A stretch of 60,312 nucleotides of DNA, counting the filler, from Basidiobolus meristosporus CBS 931.73 (taxonomy: Eukaryota > Fungi > Basidiobolomycota): assembly GCA_002104905.1 (NCBI GenBank). It is 3 parts of 3 records of this genome, joined end to end, with 100 filler letters (N's around TTAATTAATTAA, not from the genome) between each part and the next. Parts side by side here need not be neighbours in the genome. Positions count along the whole stretch, not along the records: positions 1 to 18,555 come from MCFE01001057.1; positions 18,656 to 45,499 come from MCFE01000910.1; 1 more part is not named here. One strand, given 5' to 3'. Below the pieces are notes generated by a model, which worked only from the letters and a program-made list of their open reading frames with translations, had not been told where the DNA came from and did no database searches. The translations under genes and the position numbers were made by a program. This document shows, one piece after another, positions 11,709 to 23,362 of this stretch (position 1 is its first letter; each line of letters opens with the position of its first letter).

Positions 11709-13179
11709 GCTTGTGCATTGGTCAAAGAGCCAATTGGGGGCTGAAAGCTTCAGGATACTTTTGGACCAATTAGCCACTGGGGTACCATCCAATTGGAGTG
11801 ATGGTAATTAAGATGGTAAGTATCAGTGTAGTTTATAGTGTGATACGCATTTATTTCCATTTACATTAAAGAAATATATCCAAATACTGGCTTTTACCTA
11901 CCATAATACCGGTATTCAATTGCGCACGTGATGCAAACATTAGAAGTGGGCGCACTCATTTGTGCCAACCTCATTGCGTCAGATTGTGCCATAGTGTACA
12001 AGATTGTCCCATGTGGTGCAAAATTGTCTCAGAGCAATCCTGCCTACTGGTAGCTACAATATTGCACCCAATTGTTCTTAGAGACTGCAGATTGCACCGC
12101 GCACCCTGGCACAGTATGATGGAACCAGCCTATTGGCTAAATACCAAAAAGCTCTTTGAAGATATTCAGGAGGTATTCATGCTAGAAGTGATGGCAACCA
12201 AGCATATGTTTGCAAGATATATATGTTACCAGCAGTACAATGTGTATGGCAACTTTGCAAGTATCACACTCAAAAGCTGTAAAGTTGAGGTAGTAGAAGT
12301 TTGTTAATTGTGGCAGGTGTGCACATTTCTAGAGGTTAGTAAGCAGGAGGCCATAGTTTTTTTAATTCAACTATATGTGGAATACCAAAGGAAGTAGTGG
12401 GTAAGCAGATATAGAGGGTGTTTCTACAGAGGAATATATGAAATGCACAAGGGGAGGTAGAGAAAGGAAACACCATTTGGTAAATTGGTATGGTAGCATT
12501 ATACAGCACTAGCCGTAGGCTGCCATACTGCCATGATAATGCCATCAGACACTTGCAAAGAGGCCATCAAAGCACTGCCACATTCTTGGCCATATAAGGC
12601 AATTGGATGTACTGGCCAGTTAGATCCACTCAAATAGTTGTAAAGTGCACTAAGACTGCAACAATGGAATGCCACCCTTGACAAAACATTGTACAACACT
12701 GTTATATTTTATTAACTCTATTTGGCTGTAAAATTAGCCAAACACCATTATCATCCTGTCACAAAATTGTGTAAATGGTCATTAATTCAAGCTGCTGGTA
12801 TTATAGTGGTCTCCTGACAAGATCATGATGGCTGATCTGGATTGTATCCACCTGCAGGACCAAATTATTTTTCATAGGGTAAGTACCTCTACACTGCTAC
12901 AATAGTTTTACCTCTTTTATTGTTGCACTGTCTCTACATACCTTGGTCTCATTGGTGATAAGAGTCAGGGGATACCCTTGGCATCCCACCTAAGTTCAGA
13001 TGCACTGTAAAGTATGTCCATCTTATTTTTTTAAGTTTTTTGAGAAATCTGAGGTGCAATCTTTTTAACAGTCCTTGCATGATGTTCTTATGGCATCAAT
13101 ATCTTTTAGTCATGAGATTAAATCTTACAATGGCCTCTTGGCAGGATCATCAAAATTATTTCTCATAAGGAGTAAACAC

Positions 13180-14527
13180 TACAAATAAAGTTGTGGCACC
13201 ACATACACCTTTATATGCAACATTATTTCCCTTTGATTTGACTCACTCCCCTATATACCGCCAAAAATGAAGCAAAGCTGTCTAGTTCCCAGTCAAGCCT
13301 CACAACATGGGACAGCAGAAGTATGGTTGGGCAACAGCTTGCTTTGACATCCAATGCAATAAGCAGGACCACATCCTAAGAAGGCTATGCTATCAGTGTG
13401 CTCAGTGGAGGTAATAATGCTAACACCTGAGGCTTTCAGTTAGGTAGGCAATTGATAATCTCTATGGAGTTGTAAGCTGACCATAATGTTGAGGCAGACA
13501 GGAATGTAGCAAGCACAGTACCTCTGGGGGAAAACCAGATAATGACTGTTATAACCTTGCCACCTCCAGTATTAGCAAGTATGTGGTCAGCTTATGCCAA
13601 AGCATTGATATGGCAATTAGGTGCAGTAGTTATTAGGATAGATACCATTGCCAAGAAAAATCATGGAGTTGTCCCGCAACAGGATGAGTGGATAATACAT
13701 GTAGGGCAATCAACATTCCAGGCAGAAAATGCAGTATCCAGGCTGCAAAGAAGAAGTTCAAGTGGCTCAATATCATAGATCAGAGTTGAGCCATTTCTCA
13801 ATGTAAAAGCAGAAGAATGCTGTTCAGTCTTTGAAGCACAACAGCAGTGCTAAGAGATAAAGCCTGCAGAAATCTAACCGCACAGGAGGGAGAAAATATA
13901 GTGTTTATACCAAAGCCTAAAAATCATAAGACCTTGAAGATCTGTGAAGCCATTGAGTGCAATGATGAACCCTAAGAATAAAATTAAGAAAAGGCCAGCA
14001 AAATACCATCATAATATCAGCTGAACTCCAAGTTTCTCAAATTGACAACTGCCAATATCTCCATTGTTAGATGATGGGCAGGCATGCAAATATATTCTCC
14101 AGGAGGAGACTAGGCCAACTAGCATCCATAACAATTTTAGTAATTAGCTGCCCAATACTTCCATCAAAAATTGCATTTGAAATTCTGAACCAAAAACACC
14201 AGCTGAATACCCGCAAATTACTGTCAGAATACCAGCTGAATACCAGCTGAAATTCAGATGAATTCCAAGTTAGAGATTTTTCATAGGAGAAGAGTGGGCT
14301 AATATTCAAGAGGCTGTTAGAAGTCCAGCACACCAACTCCTTAATGCAGGCATACAATGGGACTATCAGGAGCTCAAGGCCAAGCAGAATATGCTTGATC
14401 TGTTCCATGAGCATTATACTGTATTTAAAGTAGCAAATGGATTTGTAGGCCAGCATTGGTATGCTAAGAAAGTATCTCAAAAATAGCAGAAACTATCAAA
14501 GGCAGAGGTGTAAGGGCACCATGGTGA
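13180..14527 (+). mobile_element. Fragment of the CACTA accessory-gene region (inverted paralog of ~35230-36280); start approximate
   Basis: Reverse-complement similarity, e.g. GTTGTGGCACCACATACAC and GAAGAGTGGGCTAATAT...CAGGAGCTCAAGGCCAAGCAGAAT. Confidence 0.55.
13970..14288. mobile_element. 319-bp non-autonomous CACTA-type element (CCCTA termini)
   Basis: Begins CCCTAAGAATAAAATT and ends TTTTTCATAGGA. GAA is duplicated (13967-13969, 14289-14291), and removal restores AATGATGAAGAGTGG as in the paralog. Confidence 0.75.
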
Positions 14528-17500
14528 TGTTGTAAGAGTCTTGGAGATATTGGAAGTGATTGGGAGAACAAGTAGATTATGTGGTTTTCACTTTATGATT
14601 TATTGAATGTAAAAGTGGTATTTATACTTTTACCTGGTCTTGGCATTACAAACACGTAGAATAGGTTAAGGAAGGTCCCAAGAACATGTGTGCAAAGTTT
14701 GGGGCTGTTTGGACAACTTTGAGAATTTTATGTTCTGGGTACCTGGTATTTTGGTGAAAATATTCTAAGTAAATCCCAACAAGGAATTTGGTCAGTATTT
14801 TCTAGGATTTGAAGGTAATGATCCAAGTGACTAAGTTAGGTGAATATTTAGGTGGAAATACAAATTTTTTTACAACACTCCCACTCAGCTAAATGTTCAT
14901 ACTGACTAGTCCTAATTTTGACCTAAGATATTCAAACTTGTCTCTAGCTAATGGTTTGGTAAATATGTCTGCAATCATTTCATCTGTAGGACAGTAAACT
15001 AATCTAACTGAGTTACTCTCTATAGCTTCACGTATGAAATGATGTCTAATATCTATGTGCTTGGTTCTAGCATGAAAAGTTGGATTTCTACCTAATTGTA
15101 TACATCCTTGATTATCTTGAAATAAAGTAATAGGCGTTTCTTGACATAGGCCTAAATCTGTAAACAGCTTTCTTAACCACATTGGTTCTTTTGTAGCCTC
15201 ACAGGCTGCCATATATTCTGCCTCTGTAGTAGAAAGTGCTACGGTTGGTTGCTTTCTTGAATTCCATGAAATTGCTCCTTTACAGTAAAGAAAGGTGTAT
15301 CCTGTGGTGGATCTTCTGTCTTCTAAATTTCGTCCCCAATCAGCATCAGAGTATCCCACAAGATCCTGTTCTGAATCCTTATAAGTGTATCTTAAGCAGA
15401 TATCAGCAGTTCCTTTTAGGTATCTAAAAATCCGCTTAACTGCTGCAATATGATCAGATCCATAATTCTGATTATGTTGGCTGACAACTCCCACTGAATA
15501 TGAGATATCTGGACGTGTTCCAAGCATGATATACATCAGACTGCCGACCATAGATTGATAAGGAAAGTCAGGGCTTTCAGATGGCACCAAGCTCTCTTGA
15601 TTTGGTTGAGTTTTGACCAAGTTAAGGTTTGTCTCCATTGGGGTAGCTGCTGGTTTACAGTCTTCCATTTTGTACTTCTTTAGTATATCTTGAATATACT
15701 TGGATTGGCTTAGGGTAATAGTCTGGGTACTTCTGTCTATGGCGAACTTAATCCCTAAGTAGTAACTGAGTTCTCCTAGATTGGACATCTTGAACTCCTT
15801 AGATAGGCTGGATTTAGTCTCTTCCAATGTTTCTAGGTTATTGGTGGCTATAATAAGATCATCCACATATAGAGCTAATAGAACTGGATTTGCTCTATCT
15901 GGCTTATAGTATATACTATAGTCAGCATTACTCCTTTTGAAACTCAAAGATTCCAAATAAGAATCTATCTTGCAATTCCAGGCTCTCGGTGATTGTTTGA
16001 GACCATATAGTGACTTTTTAAGCTTGCAGACCAAATGGGGGTTATCTTGGTCAACAAACCCATCAGGCTGGTCCATATACACGTCCTCATCAAGTTCTCC
16101 ATTCAAAAATGCAGTTTTTACATCCATTTGATGAATAAAAAACTTATATTTGGCTGCAATAGCCAATATTAATCTGATGGAATTAAACTTGGCTACCGGT
16201 GCAAAGGTCTCAGTATAGTCAAGTCCTTTTGTTTGAGAGTATCCTTTGGCTACAAGTCTTGCTTTGTATCTTTCAATTGTACCATCAGCCTTGTACTTTG
16301 TCTTGAAGACCCATCTGCATCCAATTGATTTTTGGTTGATTGGTAATTTGACTAAGTCCCAAGTTTGATTTTCCATCAGGGCCTGATATTCCTCAGTCAT
16401 TGCAGATCTCCAAAACTTTGTCTGAGGGCTATTTAGGGCCTCTTTTACAGTCTTGGGTTCATCAATATGGACTGAATAGGCATAGGCTAAGTTTGTACCC
16501 TCATTAATATAGTAATTTGGGCTATTTCTTGTACAATTTGATCTCCGGGCATTTGATACTGGAATGATCACTTCTGGGATATTCCTGGGCACTGATTCTG
16601 GCTGAACCACGGTTGTAGAGTCCTCTGGAGTGAAAAAATTTTCATTGTTTTGCTCTGATTCAATCCTGACAATTGGTGGACTTGAGATCAAATTTTTGTC
16701 ATCATCTGATGTCATTTTTTGTGAGAATTTTGAATCTTCATCAAACAACACATCCCTGGACTTGATCAGCTTCTTTGCTTTGGTATTGTAGAGTCTGTAT
16801 GCCTTACTCTCATTGCAGTAGCCCAAAAATATGCATTTTACACTTTTTGGCTCAAATTTTGACTGATTTCCGGCCAGTTTTTTGGCATATGCTGTACACC
16901 CAAATATTCTTAGATGTTCTGCACTTGGTCTGTGTCCATACCATGCTTCAAATGGAGTAGAATCACGAAGTATTCTGTTATAACTCCTATTTTTAAGATA
17001 TACAGCAGTGGCAACTGATTCCGCCCAAAAATCATAGGATAATTTTTGATCATGGATCATAGATCTTGCCATATCAATTATTGATCTGTTAGCTCGTTCT
17101 GCTACTCCATTTTGCTGTGGGGAGTATGGTACAGTAGTCTCTTGCTTTATCCCATGAATTTTGCAGAAGTGGATGAAGAGTTTTGAGGTATATTCTCCAG
17201 CATTGTCAGAGCGTATTTTCTTGATTGTTTCACCAGTTTCTCTCTCCACCATGGCTTTAAACTCCCTGAGCTTAGACAGAGCTTCTTCCTTTCTCTCCAT
17301 GAAGTAGACCCATGTGTATCTTGTATAATCATCAATAAAAGTGATTAAATACTTCATCCCGCCTAAGGATAAATTTTGCATAGGTCCACACAGATCTGAG
17401 TGAATTAGATCTAATTTTTTCTTAGTTTTGATTAACCCAGAGCTCTTGAACGGTTGTCTGGCTTGTTTCCCATATATGCAGGCTTCACAGTGCTCCAAAT

Positions 17501-18555
17501 TAGCTGGGGGATCAATTTTCACTCCAGAAATTAGCTGATCTTTGATCATTTTACGCAAATAATCAAAATTGATGTGTCCAAATCTCCTGTGCCAAAGCAT
17601 TGGTGTTTCTTCATTTAAGTTACTTATATTGGCTTCCAGATATGATGGAATATAAGTCAACTTGTATAGGTTCTGATCTCTGATGCCCAAAGCAATATGA
17701 GCACCATTTTGATCAGTGATCCTGCATCCAGAATTGTCAAAACTGAAACTGAGTCCTTCTGCTGTGGCCTTGCTTACAGAGAGTAGGTTCTTGGCTATTT
17801 CTGGTACATAGAGTACTTCTTTAAAGGTCAGTGTATGGCTTCCTTCACTGCTTCTAAGGTTTACTTGGATAGTTCCTTCTCCCACTGCATCAAGTGTTCT
17901 ATCGTCACCCATGAAAACCTTCTTAATTGGGATTTCTTGATATTGGGTAAAAAGTTCTTTTTGGTGTGTAAAGTGTTGAGAAGCTCCAGAGTCAATATAC
18001 CACGTCTGAGAATCCTTGTTTGTGGTCATATTTAGTGCAGATATGAATAGTCTATCTTCAGTTGTTGCAGCATTTCCATATTCAGGCTTCTTTTACTGAT
18101 AATCTCTCTTTTTGAGACACCGGTCTGATGTGTGTCCTTTCCTTTTGCAGTAGTTGCAAAATAGGTTGCTGTTGCCTTTGTAGGGTCTTGGGTACCTCCT
18201 TTGTTGGTTATCATTGCTTATTAAAGCATTTTCTTCTTCCTTCTTATTGGCGCTTGATTTTCTTAATTCTTCATCCAGGAGCCTTCCATATACGTAATTT
18301 AAGGTCAAATCTTCAGTTCTGGACTCTAGGGCTGATACAAGGCCCTGAAACTCGTCTGTCAGGCTATTCAGGATGGTAACTATCACATCCTCATCAGTAG
18401 TTGGTACGCCCACAGATTCCATCTCATCTACCAGCAGGGTAATTCTGTTAATTAGATTTTTCATTTCTTCTCCTGGCAGCATCTTTGTAGTAAAGAATTT
18501 TCTTCTCAGATACATTTTCTTGGCAGCTGAACATGACTGGTAGGTGTCTTCTAAT
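14528..18555 (-). mobile_element. Ty1/Copia copy 2; 5' end lost in the assembly gap
   Basis: 3' LTR at 14528-14877 (350 bp), purine tract at 14878-14886, near-intact pol. Confidence 0.95.
14889..18515 (-). CDS. gag-pol: Copia gag (3' part) and uninterrupted PR-IN-RT-RH, separated by one in-frame TAA
   Basis: ORFs 18093-18515 and 14889-18029 (1046 aa) are in the same frame. TAA at 18093-18095 corresponds to CAA in copies 1 and 4. Catalytic motifs DSGAS, the integrase D..D..E set, YVDD and DADW are present. Confidence 0.9.
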
Positions 18556-18655
18556 NNNNNNNNNNNNNNNNNNNNNNNNNNNNNNNNNNNNNNNNNNNNT
18601 TAATTAATTAANNNNNNNNNNNNNNNNNNNNNNNNNNNNNNNNNNNNNNNNNNNN
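18556..18655. other. Artificial contig spacer
   Basis: 44 N + TTAATTAATTAA (stops in all six frames) + 44 N; identical at 45500-45599. Confidence 0.95.
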
Positions 18656-21242
18656 GTTGGAAAGATCCGAGAGTCCATACCCCATTTACTGTGCTCTAGT
18701 CAAGGGTAAGTGGGTGCGATAAAAAACAATGTTCTGCTTTTCGTATATTCAGCACATCGAAAAAGACCATGTCCATTCGGACCTACTACGAGGCTGAGTG
18801 GTTGGATTTATTCATTTCTTTGCGTAGTTAAAAAAAAGCCTTTCGCAGGATAAACAGTCCCGACTCAGCATTTCGAGATGTGGTAGCATTTATTCTTTAA
18901 GGTTCTTTCATGCATATATTCGGCACCAACAGTGATTGTTACCTCCGGGATTGATTTGTATGTTTAGACTTCTTGTATAATTAGCCTTCTGGCGTAATAT
19001 GTCATACTTGACTGAGCCAGTGGCGATAATCCCCCTCTCACGGTGCAGATATTTACCCGAATGGGTAGAGTACACCGTGAGTGAAGAGGTGACTGACTCC
19101 GTGGAATTAACAGCCATATAGCTCGCTTCAACCTGCTACCACTGTAGTGCAGGATACTGATGGTGTACCGGTGGCAAATGTTTCGGAACTGTGTCTGAAC
19201 TCACACCAGCCACTTATTATGCTTGGATGTTCTCGAGGAGCAGCTACCATGGATGCTAATGCTGAGAGCCTAGGTGGTTCAGGAGCAATCTACAGCCTCG
19301 CTATTATGCTTAGATTTAGCTCCCAGAATAATAATGCATCACGACGATAAATCAGCCTATGGCTCCCTTCACTGATCTCAACACTCGCACCGAATGTACT
19401 GGAAGCATCATTGAGACAAAGTAGCAGCAGGTATACATGTATAGATATCTATATATGCATATATATGTTCCAGTCAATCACCGCTTTAGTTAGTCATATT
19501 GGGCTAACTTCGACTGATAAAACGAATGCTACGTTCCAGACCACGTTTCTTCGCCAGATATTTAGTGTTTTCCACGTATGCCTCCACAGCACCAAGCCTA
19601 AGCAATCGGCCCTATCCTCGGTATGTTGTGGATGACATCTCAACACGAAGCATATCGGATAAACTCCAAGAAGCAATCTATTTCGTTCTAGACCAAGTGG
19701 ACCCGGGTAATCTTCAGCCCGTCGGTAGGTGGTGATTGGCCTAGGAATTCTCGGTCCCTCTGATACCGATAAATCCTGGATGGCACCCATCCAACAACGT
19801 TCGGCAGTTTACGTAGGCAGTTCGATTACCTAGCACGAAGGATAATGGGCGTTTTCACGTCGATATCGGAATGTATCGTCACTGGAGCTATGCCAACCGT
19901 TGCATGGATTGTCAACGGTAGAGGTATACCACCAGTCCGGCAAACTTGATCCCAACACATCAACAGAGTCATCTCGGGTAACATGAATATGGGAGTCACC
20001 GGTTTCGGCGTCGACCGATTTTTCGGATGGGACCACCGATAGTCATATGACGTGTTCGGCAGTTGAGACAATGAAGCTTCAAACCGATACCAGAAGCAGA
20101 GCCCGATTAGCCTAATTTGATTTCACGCCAAGGTTCGTGCGATCCAGGCGGAGAATTTACTCGTGCCATCCATGGGGGATATCTCCGAGTTGGAGTCTGA
20201 TAAGCCTAATTTATTCCTGCATCAGAGTGGGATCGACCCATACGGAATAGAACCATACATGTCCCGATTTTTCAGATTAGCCTCAAGTTACGAAAATGTC
20301 GCAAATGCTGGTGTATGTGTAGACAAGGCTGGAAGTATCTAGTGGATAATTCGTCCTCGCAACCACAATCAACGGAGGCAAACTAGATGCCCCTGTTCGA
20401 AATAGAGAAAACGCACGCGCCAATTTGGGCTCATTGATGGAATCAAATTAAACACGATAGGGAAGTTTCTTTTTGGGACGTTGCTTGTTCCTTGAGATGG
20501 TCCAACCATAATGCCCTTGGCCTTTGGATTGACCATCAGTATTTGCCAAGCTGTGGGCTTCTATTTCCGTGTTTTGTCTCGCTACGTTCTGAAGAATCAA
20601 TCTGCTGATAGACCGATAAGTCAAAAAAAGCGCACATGGGAGGCTATCAGGTATTGATGGGTGCATCAAACGAAATCACTTCTGATCCAGCTTCTACTTT
20701 GAGCCCTCAACACCTATGGCTGGCCAACCAGAAGGGGTGCCAATGATTGATTTGTTTTTCCTCTCCTGCGCACCAACCAGGGCCGAGGAAGAATTCTCCT
20801 AAGCCAACTTAGGAATGGGTGGTCAAATTGGACATGCAGATGATCCCAAGTTACCGATATGGTAAGGTTCCATTGAATGTGCATTTTTTTCTCCGAGTAA
20901 ATCAACCTTGATGAAATGCCCGAGGTACTCCACTTCGAAATTCCAATGGTCGCAGAGCGATGGCTATGCGTAATTGAGTGATTCCACTTTTGGTGAAAGG
21001 TTACTTTGGGGAACCCGCGATGTATGATTACTCCAAATTCGCAATGATACCCGCGGCCCGTGTGCCATTGGCCCCAGCAAAATGCCAATAGTCGGATAGC
21101 ACTGGAAATATGGCATTTACTTTGGGCGTAAATGGATAAAGTGAATCCACTCTTAGAGAACGGTTGCTATCGGGGAAAGTCACAATGAAAGATTGCTTCA
21201 TATTCGCATTGGACTGATACGTGGATACTTGGATCCATGTCG

Positions 21243-21250
21243 CATAAATA
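21243..21250 (+). promoter_or_regulatory. Possible TATA-like element of the secreted-protein gene
   Basis: CATAAATA about 35 nt upstream of ACAATG (A at -3). Confidence 0.3.
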
Positions 21251-21283
21251 TGACCCACTGTTGCAATTGATACCCATCGAACA

Positions 21284-22593
21284 ATGAAGTTTTCAGCATC
21301 TATCTCCGCTGGCCTAACTCTGGCTGCTGCTGTTTCTGCTTTGCCATTGAACCTTCTCCAACAGCAATGTCAAGAGGGGCAAAATACCGCGCTGAAGTGC
21401 CTCGATGAACGTCAATCAGGTGTGATGTACAGATGCGCCAATGGGAAAGTCGTCGACTATGCTTGTCCAGGGGGTCAAGTGTGTGTAATGTTCACCTTTG
21501 GAGGATCCACTAGTGCAGCATGTGCTGAAAGACCCCCAGCTCCAGTAAACACTCCCAAGACGTTAACCCAAACCGAGGCTTCCTCCACAAAGGTTGTGTC
21601 AACCACCACCTCTCATGTAGAGTCGACCTCTGTCCACACTGCAACCCCCAAGCCAGCAGTTCATGCTCCTTGTGAATGCAGCTCTATTGACGAAACATCC
21701 CCTGTATACATGAACGATTTCCTCCTTGCTTTCCAAAATAATGGGTACTTCTGGGATGTTGCCTCGCGCAGCCAGGAGTCCGAGCATCGCTTTGAGTACA
21801 AGGGTTTGAATGCTGAGGGAAAGAACTTCACCGCTATCACTACCATTCAGCCTAATGAGCCAGTCGTGGGAGGACTCTCCATTAGTGCGAAGCTTTATGA
21901 GTGTTTCATGAACTCGGAGAAGACACCTGGCTGGAACAGCAACGCCCTCATTGCCCCCAAATGCGCTCTGTACGCTGATAACAAGCTCATTGCCAGCATG
22001 GAGCTCACTGCTAGCCACATCAAGGCTGCCTCTACTAAGGCTGTGCCAACCACCACCTCCCATGTAGAATCCTCCACTGTCCACGTTGTTCCTACTGCTA
22101 CTCCAGTCAAGCCTGCTCCTACTTCTATCGTCCAAACCTCTGCTCATGTCAAGTCCGTTTCCACTAAAGCCGAAACCACTTCAACCATTACTTCTGCTCA
22201 CGAAACCCCCAGTGCTGCCCCCAAGCCAGCTGTCCACGCCCCTTGTGAATGCAGCCCATTGACGCATCAACCCCCATACTAATGGGTGATTTCATCATGG
22301 ATTACCATAACACTGGATACCTCTGGAATTCTGCGGCACGCAGCAAGGAGTATGCCCATCAGTATGAGTACCAAGGATGGAACGATATGGGAGTGGGTTA
22401 CACCGCCAAAATCACCATTCAGCCTAACGAGCCAGTCGAGGGAGATGTTCCATTGAGTACAAAGTTTTACGAGTGCTTCAAAAGCACTGAGACCACCCCT
22501 AGCTGGAGCTACAACGCCCTCATTGCACCCAAGTGCTCGTTGTATGCTGATAACAAGCTCCTCGCCAGTATGGAATTCACTGCTAGTCAGTAA
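21284..22593 (+). CDS. Secreted or cell-surface protein: signal peptide, Cys-rich CBM19-like module, S/T/P/H-rich linkers and two ~115-aa repeat domains; 1-nt frameshift at 22255-22257
   Basis: Signal-like MKFSASISAGLTLAAAVSA; module CQEG...CLDE...YRCANG...YACPGGQVC...C. ORFs 21284-22282 and 22249-22593 join into 436 aa if one base is added to the CCC run. CpG content is normal and AATAAA lies at ~22680. Confidence 0.8.
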
Positions 22594-23362
22594 TGTCAAA
22601 ACGTTGTATAATATTCCCTAACTATATAGGATTGGAGTTTTCCAAGATACCAAGTGGTTGTTACATTGATTATAGATAAAATAAATGACTTGAAAACCAA
22701 TGCAACCCTCGACTGATTGAATCTTTTACTCCATTACGCCCGGTCCCTTGCACTTATCAGTGTGCCAGTGAGCGCAACGGCTGGTCACGGGAGTTTTGTT
22801 GGGACCTACCAGATCTAGTTGATGGCGGCTGGCGTGATTGACATTGTGGAATGCAAATCTTGTAGTTCCTGATCTCGTACTGATCTAGGGACGTCTTTGG
22901 GATCTGTATAGATGACAAGGTCCCAGTAGTGATTCGCCTCGACTGCATATCCTTGCTCCATTTGCTACACTCTGTTAATTACAAATATGAGAGTACAATG
23001 GTGCATCATTGATATGTTACTATGAGAAATTTGGTAGCCAAATGTACATGAATGTGGCACATTAGGCATAAGCATCAGGTTGTTAGTGCTTTAGGTCCAT
23101 TGGGAAAGCTGGGGAGCTGAAAGGTTACAAGCTACCTAAAGATGCAGCTTCTTACATTGATTAGAATGAAAATGCCTACTCAATCTCCATAAAATCTGTA
23201 TTGCACAAATTGTTGAATGCTTTTACTAGAATCATTTGGTGAATTAATATCCAAAACCAAGATTCATGGATATGAAGACTGTTGTATCCAAGACAAAAGT
23301 GTGATAAAACTCCTGAATGGTTATCTGAACCTAAGTAACAACTAAGAGCAGAATCTGAGAAT

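Larger units (their letters stand above)
3822..12131 (-). mobile_element. PIF/Harbinger (PHIS)-like DNA transposon, ~3.4 kb once nested inserts are removed
   Basis: Imperfect TIRs AGTCTTGTTCC (3822) and GGAACCAGCCT (12131), with ATT on both sides (3819-3821, 12132-12134). Removing the element restores CACTA copy 2. It contains a DDE_Tnp_4-type transposase and a divergent second ORF. Confidence 0.75.
3163..12879 (+). mobile_element. CACTA/EnSpm-like copy 2 (3' part), split by a Harbinger-like insertion
   Basis: 3163-3821 is paralogous to ~1753-2415. The paralogy resumes at 12132 (ATTGGCTAAATACC vs ATTAGCTAAATACT) and runs to the terminus TTTTTCATAGGG at 12879. Confidence 0.75.

Noticed and set aside
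12880-13170. Possible further CACTA-type end (…TTATTTCTCATAAGG at ~13170)
   Set aside because: It resembles the inverted left end at 31650, but I could not find its partner terminus or a TSD.
18600-18611. Perfect palindrome TTAATTAATTAA
   Set aside because: Part of the artificial spacer, not biological.
22255-22257. Programmed frameshift producing one-domain and two-domain isoforms
   Set aside because: There is no slippery heptamer or downstream structure. A one-base loss in a C run is better explained by read error or mutation.
21599-22599. Long antisense ORFs (21599-22147, 22279-22599) over the secreted-protein gene
   Set aside because: These are shadow frames produced by codon bias of the sense gene; they have no motifs.
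22700-22960. Protein-like minus-strand frames (EQGYAVEANHYWDLVIYTDP...; ...RCAHWHTDKCKGPG)
   Set aside because: Short, in different frames, with no clear splice sites or recognisable family; not callable as a gene.
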